Shown piece by piece: positions 1 through 8,649 of a stretch of 64,000 nucleotides of DNA (position 1 is its first letter; every line of letters starts with the position of its first letter). Under the pieces are notes generated by a model. That model made no database searches. It saw nothing but the letters and a program-made list of their open reading frames with translations, and was not told the DNA's origin. The DNA lies in the NCBI GenBank assembly GCA_963745015.1, contig CAVUVU010000004.1:125131-189130 (forward strand), given 5' to 3'. Made by a program: the position numbers and the translations under genes. The DNA comes from an uncultured Candidatus Rokubacteria bacterium. Its GTDB lineage: Bacteria > Methylomirabilota > Methylomirabilia > Rokubacteriales > DASRDR01.

Positions 1-983
1 GGAACCTCGCCCGCACCTCGGGCGCCTCCTCGGGCGGCGCGGGCGCCGCGGTCGCGGCCGGCCTCGGCCCGGTGGCGCACGGCTCCGACGGCTCCGGGTC
101 GATCCGCATCCCGTCGGCGCTCTGCGGCATCTTCGGGCTGAAGCCCTCGCTCGCCCGCGTGCCCTACTGGCCGAGCGCGGACCTCTGGGGCGCCCGGTCG
201 CACAACGGCCCGATGACGCGGACGGTCCGGGACGCGGCGCTCCTGCTGCAGGTCCTCGCGGGCCCCGACGCCCGCGATCCCCTCTCGATCGACGCGCCGC
301 CCGAGGACTATCTCGCCGCCTGCGAGGGCGACGTGCGCGGCTGGCGGGTCGGCTGGAGCGTCGACCTCGGCTTCGCCTCCGTGAACCCCGAGGTCGCGGA
401 GCTGACGGCGCGCGCGGCCCGGCGCTTCGAGGAGCTGGGCGCGCACGTCGAGGAGGCCAAGGTCGACTGGGGGCATCCGTACGAGTTCCACAAGATCATC
501 TACTCCGCGAACGTGGCCGCGCGGAACTACGACCGCGCCCGGGAGCGTCCCGACTGGATCGAGCCCACGCTCATGCGCATGATCCTCGACGCGGGCCAGT
601 GGACGTCGATCGACTACCTGAAGGCGCATCTGGCGCGGACCGAGTTCTGCGAGAAGGTGCGGAAGACGCTCGACCGCTATCAGCTCCTCCTGACGCCGCA
701 GATGCCGGTCGCCGCCTGGCCCGCCGACCCGGGCCCCTTCGAGGGCCTGCCCGATCTCGGCGGCAAGCCCGCCCACTCCATCTTCGACCGCGTGCCGTTC
801 ATGTATCCCTTCAACCTGACGGGCTATCCCGCCGCCAACGTGCCGTGCGGCTTCACGCGGGAGAAGCTGCCCGTCGGGCTGCAGATCGTCGGGCGCTGGC
901 ACCGCGAGACGGACGTGCTCCGGGCGGCCGCCTGCTTCGAGGCGCTCCAGCCCTGGGCGTCGCACCGCCCCCCGCTCGACTGA
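1..983 (+). CDS. Amidase (amidase-signature family), 5'-truncated at window edge
   Basis: Reading frame is open from base 1. Protein contains the GGSSGG...GSDGSGSIRIPSALCGIFGLKPS amidase-signature motif. Stop at 981-983. Confidence 0.8.
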   Translation, partial: NLARTSGASSGGAGAAVAAGLGPVAHGSDGSGSIRIPSALCGIFGLKPSLARVPYWPSADLWGARSHNGPMTRTVRDAALLLQVLAGPDARDPLSIDAPPEDYLAACEGDVRGWRVGWSVDLGFASVNPEVAELTARAARRFEELGAHVEEAKVDWGHPYEFHKIIYSANVAARNYDRARERPDWIEPTLMRMILDAGQWTSIDYLKAHLARTEFCEKVRKTLDRYQLLLTPQMPVAAWPADPGPFEGLPDLGGKPAHSIFDRVPFMYPFNLTGYPAANVPCGFTREKLPVGLQIVGRWHRETDVLRAAACFEALQPWASHRPPLD

Positions 984-1103
984 GGACGGCGGCCGGGGCG
1001 CGTCGACCGGACACGCGAGGTCTCGCCAGCGTCCCCAGCGTCACAGCGGCCGCGACCGGGCTCCCGGATCCTGGCCGAGCCCGGCGGCCGAGAGGAGGTC
1101 GCG

Positions 1104-1922
1104 ATGCCGCTCACCGCTTCGGATGCCGTCTCCGCGCGACTCGACCGGCTCGAGCGGGAGGGTCGCCGGTGGAGACGCGCGGCCCTCGGCTCGTGGCTCG
1201 CGATCGCGGCCCTCCTGCTCCTCGGCCAGAGCCCGACCCGGCCACCCCGGCCCGTGAGCCCGGCCCGCACCGTCGAGGCCGAGCGTTTCGTCCTGCGGGA
1301 CGCGCGCGGACGCGTCGGCGCGACGCTCGGCTCCGACGCCGACGACACCCCCCGCCTCACGCTTCACGACCCGAACGGCCAGCCTCGCGCGGTGCTCATG
1401 GTCGGCGCTGGCGGGGCCCCCGGGCTGACGCTCCTCGACACCGACGGGGCGACCGTCCGCGCGGCCCTCGTCGTCGGGCCCGACGGCGCGCCGGGCCTCG
1501 CGCTCTTCGATCCCGCCGGGAAGCCTCGTCTGGCGGCGGCGCTCTTTCATGGGAGCGCCCCGGGCCGCTCGACGGGCGGGCGCGAGCCGGCGCCCGCGAT
1601 CGTCGCCTACGACGCGGCCGGCGTGGTGCGCACGACCTTCGGGATCCGCGGGGCCGACGCGGGGCTCGAGCTGGCTGACGGGCGGGGCACGGCCCGGACC
1701 GTGCTGCGCGTCCAGACGGACGGCACGCCGGACCTCCTGCTGCGGGACGCCGACGGACGCAACCGGGCCGGGCTCTCCGTGCTCGCCGACGGCACGCCCA
1801 CCCTCAATCTGAACGGCACCGACGGGCGCGCCCGCGCGACCTTGACGCTCGCGCCGGGGCGGGGCGCCGCGCTGGCCCTCGCGGACGCGAGGGGCGCGGT
1901 CGTGTGGTCGGCGCCCCCGTGA
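1104..1922 (+). CDS. Hypothetical membrane-anchored protein with about 6 degenerate ~30-aa tandem repeats
   Basis: GAGGAGG Shine-Dalgarno (SD) motif 8 nt upstream of the ATG. N-terminal hydrophobic helix (WLAIAALLLLG), then repeats of the form L-x-D-x-x-G-x-x-R-A-x-L...DG-x-P-x-L-x-L. Confidence 0.5.
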   Translation: MPLTASDAVSARLDRLEREGRRWRRAALGSWLAIAALLLLGQSPTRPPRPVSPARTVEAERFVLRDARGRVGATLGSDADDTPRLTLHDPNGQPRAVLMVGAGGAPGLTLLDTDGATVRAALVVGPDGAPGLALFDPAGKPRLAAALFHGSAPGRSTGGREPAPAIVAYDAAGVVRTTFGIRGADAGLELADGRGTARTVLRVQTDGTPDLLLRDADGRNRAGLSVLADGTPTLNLNGTDGRARATLTLAPGRGAALALADARGAVVWSAPP

Positions 1923-1995
1923 CGCGGGGCGGGCGTGCAGCGACCCGGACGGCTACAGCCGGCTCGCGCGCGAGCCCGGGAGCCTCGGACTGCCG

Positions 1996-2385
1996 CTAGC
2001 CCTTGACGTAGGACAGCTTCTCGGCCACCTTCCCGTCGCGGACGCGGAGGAGGTCCACGCCCCGCACGTGGCCCGGCGACCCGCCGGCGGTCCGCCAGCG
2101 ATAGACCCACTTCACCACGCACCGCGCGCCGCAGGCGAACATCTCCTCGGTCTCGAACGCGGCGGAGGGCGTCTCCCGGAAGAACCGCTCCCAGAAGCGA
2201 CGGACCGCCGCCTGCCCGACGTGCTTCTCCCCGTCGGGCGCCGGCAGCGTGTTCTCGAAGACGCAGTCCTCGCTCATGGCGGCCATGAGACCGTCCACGT
2301 CGTGGCGGCCGAATGCGTCGAGGAAGCGATGCACCACCGCCAGCGTCGCGGCGGATTCGGGATCCGGGACTGCGCGGTCGTCCAT
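1996..2385 (-). CDS. NTF2-like / SnoaL-like small protein
   Basis: 129-aa ORF (FLDAFGRHDVDGLMAAMSEDCVFENT...WVYRW) resembling SnoaL/NTF2-fold proteins. Confidence 0.55.
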   Translation of the reverse strand: MDDRAVPDPESAATLAVVHRFLDAFGRHDVDGLMAAMSEDCVFENTLPAPDGEKHVGQAAVRRFWERFFRETPSAAFETEEMFACGARCVVKWVYRWRTAGGSPGHVRGVDLLRVRDGKVAEKLSYVKG

Positions 2386-2459
2386 GTCGCCCCCAGGAGG
2401 CCGTCGGCCGGCGCGGGCCGCGAGCCGGCAGTCCGGGGCCGGCGTCGCGGGACGAACGG

Positions 2460-2537
2460 TGGTGAGGCGTGGTGGATTCGAACCACCGACTCCCCGCTTA
2501 AAAGGCGGGAGCTCTAACCTGGCTGAGCTAACGCCTC
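2460..2537 (-). tRNA. tRNA-Lys (anticodon TTT)
   Basis: Reverse complement folds as a cloverleaf: acceptor GAGGCGT/ACGCCTC, D-stem GCTC/GAGC, anticodon stem CCCGC/GCGGG with loop CTTTTAA, T-arm GGTGG-TTCGAAT-CCACC, encoded CCA. Confidence 0.85.
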
Positions 2538-2706
2538 GCGCGAAGCATTGTCGCCACTTCCCGGGCGCGAGTCAAACGCGCCGGGCCTTCTCGTCTCGCC
2601 CTCTCCGGCGCGATCGACGTGCACTGGTCCGTGCTACCCTCCCCGCCATGACCTCCGAGTGCCGATCGATCCTCGAAGCCGCCGCGCCCCCGGCGGGGGC
2701 CCGGGT

Positions 2707-3012
2707 ATGAGCACGCCCGAGCCGCCGAGCTGCAGCCTCTGCAAGGACGTCGCGGTGCCCATGAAGGGTGGCAGCGTCGTCCGCTGGGAGCGGCAGGACA
2801 CCCCCGACCTCCACTACATGGCGACGGCGCCGGCGATGCGGCGCCGGCAATGGGCCGGCGAGGATCGGCTCTCGGCGCTCCGCGATCGGATCGACGCGAT
2901 CACCAAGGCCGGCCGGGTCGCCTGGGTCGACGTCAAGGAGAACGGGGAGTTCGTGCACTATCAGGCCCCGCACGGAGAGGTTCCGGTCAACATCCCCCGA
3001 ACCCCGAAGTAG
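2707..3012 (+). CDS. Hypothetical small protein
   Basis: 101-aa ORF (MSTPEPPSCSLCKDV...) convergent with the EamA gene; no recognisable domain; start uncertain. Confidence 0.3.
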   Translation: MSTPEPPSCSLCKDVAVPMKGGSVVRWERQDTPDLHYMATAPAMRRRQWAGEDRLSALRDRIDAITKAGRVAWVDVKENGEFVHYQAPHGEVPVNIPRTPK

Positions 3013-3050
3013 CCGGACCGCCCGCGACGCGCGCCGGCCAGAAGGGCCGG

Positions 3051-4059
3051 CTAGACCGCCGGCGCGCGGGCCGCGCGGCGTCGCTCGCGCTGGGCTCGCG
3101 CCTGATGGTGGAGCACGTAGACGCCGGCGCCGACGGTCGTGGCGACGCCGACGAGGGTCCACGGACCGGGGATGTCGCCCCAGAAGACGTAGCCCCACAG
3201 GACGGCCCACCCGATCATCACGTACTCGAACGGCGACACGGTGCTCGCGGGCGCCACGCGGTAGGCCTGCGTCAGGCAATAGATCCCGACGCTCGAGATG
3301 AGCCCGCAGAGCGCCATGCGCCCGAGCGCCCCCCAGGGCGGCGAGACCCAGCCGCGCACCAGGAAGGCGAGGCTCGGATGAAGGCCGGCGGCCCGATCTC
3401 CTCCGGCCGCCGCGAGCCCGCTCGCCGACGCCACCAGCGCGGACACCAGCGTCGCCGAGAACACGATGGTGGCGCCCGAGTCCCGGCGCCCCAGGTAGCG
3501 CGTGATCGTCTGCGAGATCGCGTAGCAGAGGGCCGACAGCACGGCGAGCAGCGCCGCCGGGTCGAACGCGGCCGCCCCCGGTCTGAGCACGACGAGCACC
3601 CCGACGAAGCCGACCACGACCGCCGACCAGCCTCGCCGGTCGACCGGCTCGCCGAGCGCGAGCGCCGAGAGCGTGGTGACGAACAGCGGCGCCGCGAAGG
3701 CCACCGACGTGACCGTGGCGAGCGGGAGCGCGGCGATGGCCATGTAGTAGGTCGTGAAGGACACGAGGCCCAGGAGCCCCCGCACCCCGTGGAGCCACGG
3801 CTGCTGGATCGGCAGCGGCCCCGAATCGCGCTCCCGCCACAGGAGGACCCGCGAAGAGCGCGAGCGCGACCAGGCTGCGCACGAACACGATCTGGAGGAC
3901 CGCGTACTCGCCGCTCAGGCCCTTGATCAGGACGTCCTGCACGGGGAACACGGAGGCGCCCACGAGGATGAAGGCGATCCCGTGGAGCGGCCGGTCGATC
4001 CGGGCCGGCGGCGCCGGGAACGACGTCACGGAAGCCGGCGGGAGCCGAACGTCCGCCAC
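3051..4059 (-). CDS. EamA/DMT-family transporter, apparent frameshift near 3790-3840
   Basis: N-terminus (FILVGASVFPVQDVLIKGLSGEYAVLQIVFVRSLVALALF) is in the frame of ORF 2572..4059. The remaining helices (244 aa, ORF 3051..3785) are in another frame. Confidence 0.65.
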
Positions 4060-4152
4060 GTCGTCCGTGCGAGCGTCACCGATGGCCCCCTCTCGGGAAG
4101 AAGATTCGACTGCCGCGCCGGTATCTTACCGCGCGAGGATCTGCGGCGCGCC

Positions 4153-4617
4153 TCACGGTGGCTGGACCGGATCGCGTCGCGCGGCGTCGGCGGGCGTGAC
4201 GGGCTCGGCGCCCGCGTCGCTCCTTCGATCGCCGGTCAGCCGGCGCCGCCAGCGCGCCCGCATCTCGGCGGGGCGGAGCGACGGCAGGAATCGGCGGGCG
4301 GCGGGCAGCTGGAGCAGGAGCACCCACAGCACCGCGATCGCCACGGCGTCCGGCCGATGGAAGTGGAGGCCGCGCACGGCCTCGTGACGTGAGGAACACG
4401 TAGGCCGCGAAGCGGGCGCGCGGGTGGCGGCGCCAGACCAGCCAGGCCACGTACGGCGCCGCCAGGCCGTACGCGAGGTAGTTCCAGGGCCGGTCCGGCG
4501 CGAAGTTGGCCGACCCGGAGGCCGGCGAGGCTCAAGCGCCTGGAGCACCGGCGCGAGCGCCAGCCACGCCGCGAGCAGCCGGACGACGACCGGGCGGCGG
4601 GCGCGCGCGCTCGCCAC
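4153..4617 (-). CDS. Possible small membrane protein (frame-disrupted), very uncertain
   Basis: Hydrophobic segments (LLAAWLALAPVLQAL; AIAVLWVLLLQLPAA) split over two frames. Could instead be a GC-rich non-coding stretch. Confidence 0.2.
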   Translation of the reverse strand: MASARARRPVVVRLLAAWLALAPVLQALEPRRPPGRPTSRRTGPGTTSRTAWRRRTWPGWSGAATRAPASRPTCSSRHEAVRGLHFHRPDAVAIAVLWVLLLQLPAARRFLPSLRPAEMRARWRRRLTGDRRSDAGAEPVTPADAARRDPVQPP

Positions 4618-4760
4618 CGTCCGCTCTCACCGGTCGCGACTCCGCCGTGGCCTCGCGAGTTCCGACGCGCCCCGCCGCCTTGACGCTCCGAAGGCCGCCG
4701 CGCTAGCATCGCCGCGAATCGACCGCTGGGCACGCAGCGCATCCGCGCGGGAGGACGGTC

Positions 4761-5712
4761 ATGGCCAAGACGCTCGACGAGCTGGAGCTCCGCGCGCTTC
4801 TCGCCGCCGACTCGGCGGCACCGCGCGAGCCCTCGCCCTACACGGACAACGCCCGCTACCTCACGTCTCTCGACGGCTTCAACATCAAGCGCCCGGCCGT
4901 CCCCGCGCACGTCTTCCGCGCGGAGCGGGACCGGGCGCTGGCGCCCGGCGCGCCGACCGGCCTCGTGCCGCTCGACCTCTCGGCGACGCTCGGACTCCGC
5001 TACCCGGCGACGACGCCGTTCATCCTGTCGCGCTACGCGCGAATCCGGGCGGGAGACACGCTCTCCACCGCCTTCCGGGCCAGCACGGAGCTCTATCACG
5101 TGATCCGAGGATCGGGCACCACGCGGACCGGCGACGGGCCAGACGCTCGCCTGGCAGGCGGCCGACACCTTCTGCCTGCCCGGCGGCGGGGCGGCGCGCC
5201 ACGCCGCGGCCGAGGACGCCGTCCTCTGGATCACGACCAACGAGCCCCAGCTCGAGTTCGAGGGGCTCCAGCCGCCGGCGCCGGGCGCGGCGCCGATCCA
5301 GCCCGCCCTCTACCCGATGGCGGAGATCCGCCGTCGGCTCCTCGCCGTCTACCTGGATCCCCGCGGGGCGGCGATGCCGGGCAAGTCGATCAACCTGGGG
5401 AACGTGGCCCTCGAGTCGAGCCGCACCACGACGCCGTCCTTCACGCTCGCGCTGAACTCGCTCCTGCCCGGCGAGGCGCAGCGCGGCCACCGGCACAACG
5501 CGGTGGCGGTGACGCTCGTCCTGGCCGCCGAGCGCTGCTATTCCCTGATCGACGGGGCGCGCGCGGACTGGGAGCCCCACACGGTGATGATCACCCCCCC
5601 GGCCGCCTTCCACTCCCACCACAACGAGGGGAACGAGCTGGCCCTGTTCCTGATCGTCCAGGACGGAGGCGTCTACTACCACTGCCGGACGATGGGCTTC
5701 AGCTACAAGTAG
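4761..5712 (+). CDS. Bicupin (cupin-domain dioxygenase-like) protein, apparent frameshift near 5140
   Basis: GGGAGGA SD motif before the ATG at 4761. N-terminal cupin domain runs to ...YHVIRGSG. The second cupin (GHRHNAVAVTLVL motif) continues in ORF 5317..5712 after a +1 shift. Confidence 0.6.
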
Positions 5713-5796
5713 CCCCGCCGAGCGCGCGGCTCCGGCGCGGCGAGCGGCAACCCGGCGGTCGATCGGACGGTCTCCGACCCGAGGCGGCCGGCGGGC

Positions 5797-7107
5797 TCAG
5801 GGCAGGCAGAGCTGGCGGAGATCCGGGAACCAGCTCGTCAGGCGGGACGGCTCGACGAGGATGGTCTCGTCGCGGCCGGGGCCGGTCGAGACGAGCGAGA
5901 TCTCGCACTCGATGAGGTCCTCCAGCCAGCGGATGTAATCGTGGGCGCGCGCCGGCAGGGCCTCCCAGGCGCGGAGTCCCGCGGTCTCGCTGAGCCAGCC
6001 CGGCCGCTCCTCGAACACGGGCTCGAGCTGCGCGACGATCCGCTCCTCTCCCGGCCACTCTCGGAGCGTCGTCCCCTTGTAGCGGTAGCCCACGCCCACC
6101 AGGACGGCATGGCAGGGATCGAGCACGTCGAGCTTCGTCATCGCGAGCGTGTCGAGCCCGTTCACGCGGACCGCGTGGCGGAGTAGGGGGGCGTCGAACC
6201 ACCCGCACCGGCGCGGCCGGCCGGTGACCGCGCCGTACTCCTTCCCCCGAGCCCGGATCAGCTCGCCCAGGTCGCCGGTGACCTCGGTGGGGAACGGCCC
6301 GCCCCCGACGCGGGTGGCGTAGGCCTTGGTGATGCCGAGCACCCCGTTGATGCGGGTGGGCGGCACGCCGGTGCCGGGCGCCGCGCCGCCGGCCGACGCG
6401 CTCGACGCCGTGATGTACGGATAGGTGCCGTGGTCGACGTCGAGCATCGTGCCCTGCGCGCCCTCGAAGAGCACCGAGGCCCCGTCGCGCATCCAGCGGT
6501 GCAGGAGCAGCGCCGTGTCGGCGACGTGCGGCCGGAGCCGCTCGACGGCGCCGGCGACGGCCTTCACCACGTCGTCCACCTCGAAGGTGTCGCGGCCGCA
6601 GGCCCGGAGGAGCTGGTTCTTGACGGGCAGATACGCCTCGAGCTTCTCCCGGAGGTGGGCCTCGTCGAGGAGGTCGCCGACGCGGATTCCCAGCCGGGCC
6701 GCCTTGTCGGCGTAGGCCGGCCCCACGCCCTTGCCGGTCGTCCCGATTCGCGCCTGGTCCATCGCCTGGTCGAGCGCCCGGTGGTAGGGCAGGATCACGT
6801 GAGCGGCGTGGCTGATGTAGAGCTGCTCCGCGCTGATCCCGGCCGCCGCCAGGCCGTCGAGCTCCGAGACCAGCCCGATGGGGTCGACGACCGTCCCGCA
6901 GCCGATCACGCTCTTCTTGCCGGGCCGGAGAACGCCCGACGGCACCAGCTGGAGGACGAAGCGCCGGTCTCCCGTCACGATGGTGTGACCCGCGTTCGGG
7001 CCGCCCGAGTAGCGCGCGACGACGTCCACGCAGGGCGCGACCAGGTCGACGATCTTGCCCTTCCCCTCGTCGCCCCACTGGGCGCCCACGATCACGATGT
7101 TAGGCAA
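5797..7107 (-). CDS. purA: Adenylosuccinate synthetase
   Basis: 436 aa; N-terminal P-loop QWGDEGKGK and full-length similarity. TTG start overlaps the hisZ stop. Confidence 0.95.
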   Translation of the reverse strand: MPNIVIVGAQWGDEGKGKIVDLVAPCVDVVARYSGGPNAGHTIVTGDRRFVLQLVPSGVLRPGKKSVIGCGTVVDPIGLVSELDGLAAAGISAEQLYISHAAHVILPYHRALDQAMDQARIGTTGKGVGPAYADKAARLGIRVGDLLDEAHLREKLEAYLPVKNQLLRACGRDTFEVDDVVKAVAGAVERLRPHVADTALLLHRWMRDGASVLFEGAQGTMLDVDHGTYPYITASSASAGGAAPGTGVPPTRINGVLGITKAYATRVGGGPFPTEVTGDLGELIRARGKEYGAVTGRPRRCGWFDAPLLRHAVRVNGLDTLAMTKLDVLDPCHAVLVGVGYRYKGTTLREWPGEERIVAQLEPVFEERPGWLSETAGLRAWEALPARAHDYIRWLEDLIECEISLVSTGPGRDETILVEPSRLTSWFPDLRQLCLP

Positions 7108-8431
7108 GGGCGCCTCCGGGAGCGGGCTCGAGGGCGCGGCTCGGCGCCGCCATCAATGCCGCGAGCGGCCAGGTGACCTCCTGGCCCCCCGCGGGGTCGA
7201 TCAGACGCACGTCGCCGCGCGCGAGCCCCGCGTGGTCGATCACCACGGCCCGCGCGGCGCGGATGTCCCGCGCGTAGGCGATGCGACTCCTCGAGCGGCC
7301 GGCTCATGATGTCGCGGGCCACGGCCAGCCCGAGCTCGCGCAGACGCCGGCAGAGGGCGAGGGCCGTGCCCTTGTCCTCGGTGAAGTCGATGACGAAGAA
7401 CTCCGGGCCGGTGACGCGCGGCTCGAGGCCCTGGGCGGCGAGCGCCAGGAGCAGGCGGTTCACGTCGAACGCGAAGCCCGTGGCCGGGCAGGGCGTGCCG
7501 AAGCGCCCGAGCATCTGGTCGTACCGGCCGCCGCCCACCAGCTCGGCGCCGAACCCGTCGACGTACCCCTCGAAGCTCACGCCCGAGTAGTAGTCGAACC
7601 CGCGGACCTCGCCGAGGTCGAGCAGGATCGCGCCGCCGAGGCCGTAGGCGGAGAGCAGCCGGTGGACCTCCGCGAGCCCGGCCACCGCGCGCTCGGACCG
7701 GGGGTTCTGGACGAGCGCCGCCGCCCGCCGGATCACGTCCGTGCCGCCCTGGAGACCGGGCAGCGCCAGCACCAGGTCCGCCGTCGCGGACGGCACGGAC
7801 AGCTCCCCGACCAGGCGCGTCAGCTCGGCCACGTCCTTCCGCCCGAGCGCCTCGCGCAGGGCGCGCGCCACCCCCCGCTCGACGCCGAGGCTGTCCAGCA
7901 CGCCCCGCACGAACTCGACGTGGCCGACGTCGATCTGGAAGCGCTCGAACCCGGCGGCCCGGAACGCCTCGATGGTCATCGCGATCATCTCGGCGTCGGC
8001 CTCCGGCTTGTCGAGGCCGAGCAGCTCGACCCCCGCCTGGTAGAACTCCCGCATGCGGCCGAGCCGCGGCGCCTCGTGGCGGAACACGTTCGTCCGGTAC
8101 GCGAGACGGTAGGGCTTGGGCCGGTCGCGGAGCCGGGTGGCGGCGATGCGCGCGATCTGGGGCGTCACGTCGGCGCGCAGCGCGAGCATCCGCCCCGTGT
8201 CGCGGTCGACGAACTTGAACATCCCCTCCTGGAGCGCCTCGTCCGTCCCCAGCGCGAGGGCGTCGAAGAACTCGAAGGTCGGGGTCATCACCTCGCGGTA
8301 GCCCCACAGCCGGAAGACGCCGAGGAGGCGCTCCTGGAGGCCCCGGAGACGGGCCGCCTCGTCGGGGAGGTAGATCTTCACCCCGGTGGGAAGCTGCGAC
8401 TGAAGGTTCCGCCGGTCCATAGCATGCATGC
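7100..8431 (-). CDS. hisZ: ATP phosphoribosyltransferase regulatory subunit / HisRS-like paralogue, apparent frameshift near 7290
   Basis: Class-II aaRS-like core (FRHEAPRLGRMREFYQAGVELLG, GGGRYDQML). C-terminal anticodon-binding-like segment (VVIDHAGLARGDVRLIDPAGGQEVTWPL) is in the +1 frame and ends in TAA at 7100-7102. Immediately upstream of purA, a conserved arrangement. Confidence 0.75.
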
Positions 8432-8624
8432 CCGGGAGCCGGGCAAACCGCCGGAAGTATACGGGATGCCCCGACGCAAATCCAGCGACCGCGCCGTCCC
8501 AATCCGGCCTCGCCGTCATCCAGGCGGAGACGCCGCGCCTCGGTTCGTCTCCGGCTTCACCCGCGGCTCGCATGGCGGGCCCGGCCACGATCGAAAGTTG
8601 CGGAACGAGACGGTCTGATAGGAT

Positions 8625-8636
8625 GTGACCGGTCAC
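8625..8636. promoter_or_regulatory. Putative LacI-family operator (palindrome GTGACCGGTCAC), copy 3
   Basis: Perfect 12-bp palindrome 14 bp upstream of the GH31 #1 start. Identical to the two copies in the lacI/ABC intergenic region. Confidence 0.5.
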
Positions 8637-8649
8637 GTCACCGGGTGGC

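Noticed and set aside
599-1678. Multiple long overlapping ORFs on both strands (e.g. 599..1678+, 824..1360-, 1041..1550-)
   Set aside because: Arg/Pro/Gly-rich translations without domains, overlapping the well-supported amidase and repeat-protein genes. These are GC-driven spurious ORFs. The same applies to many listed ORFs such as 5699..7078-, 7240..8502-, 8837..10723-, 12138..13193- and 53379..55877+.
2386-3050. tRNA-Lys as a possible integration site of a mobile element
   Set aside because: No integrase, excisionase, phage or transposase genes nearby and no direct repeat of the tRNA 3' end detected; the flanking genes are ordinary.
2572-4059. 495-aa ORF
   Set aside because: Only the first ~90 residues (EamA N-terminus) are real. 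The remainder is out-of-frame read-through caused by the EamA frameshift and has an R/G/P-rich junk composition.
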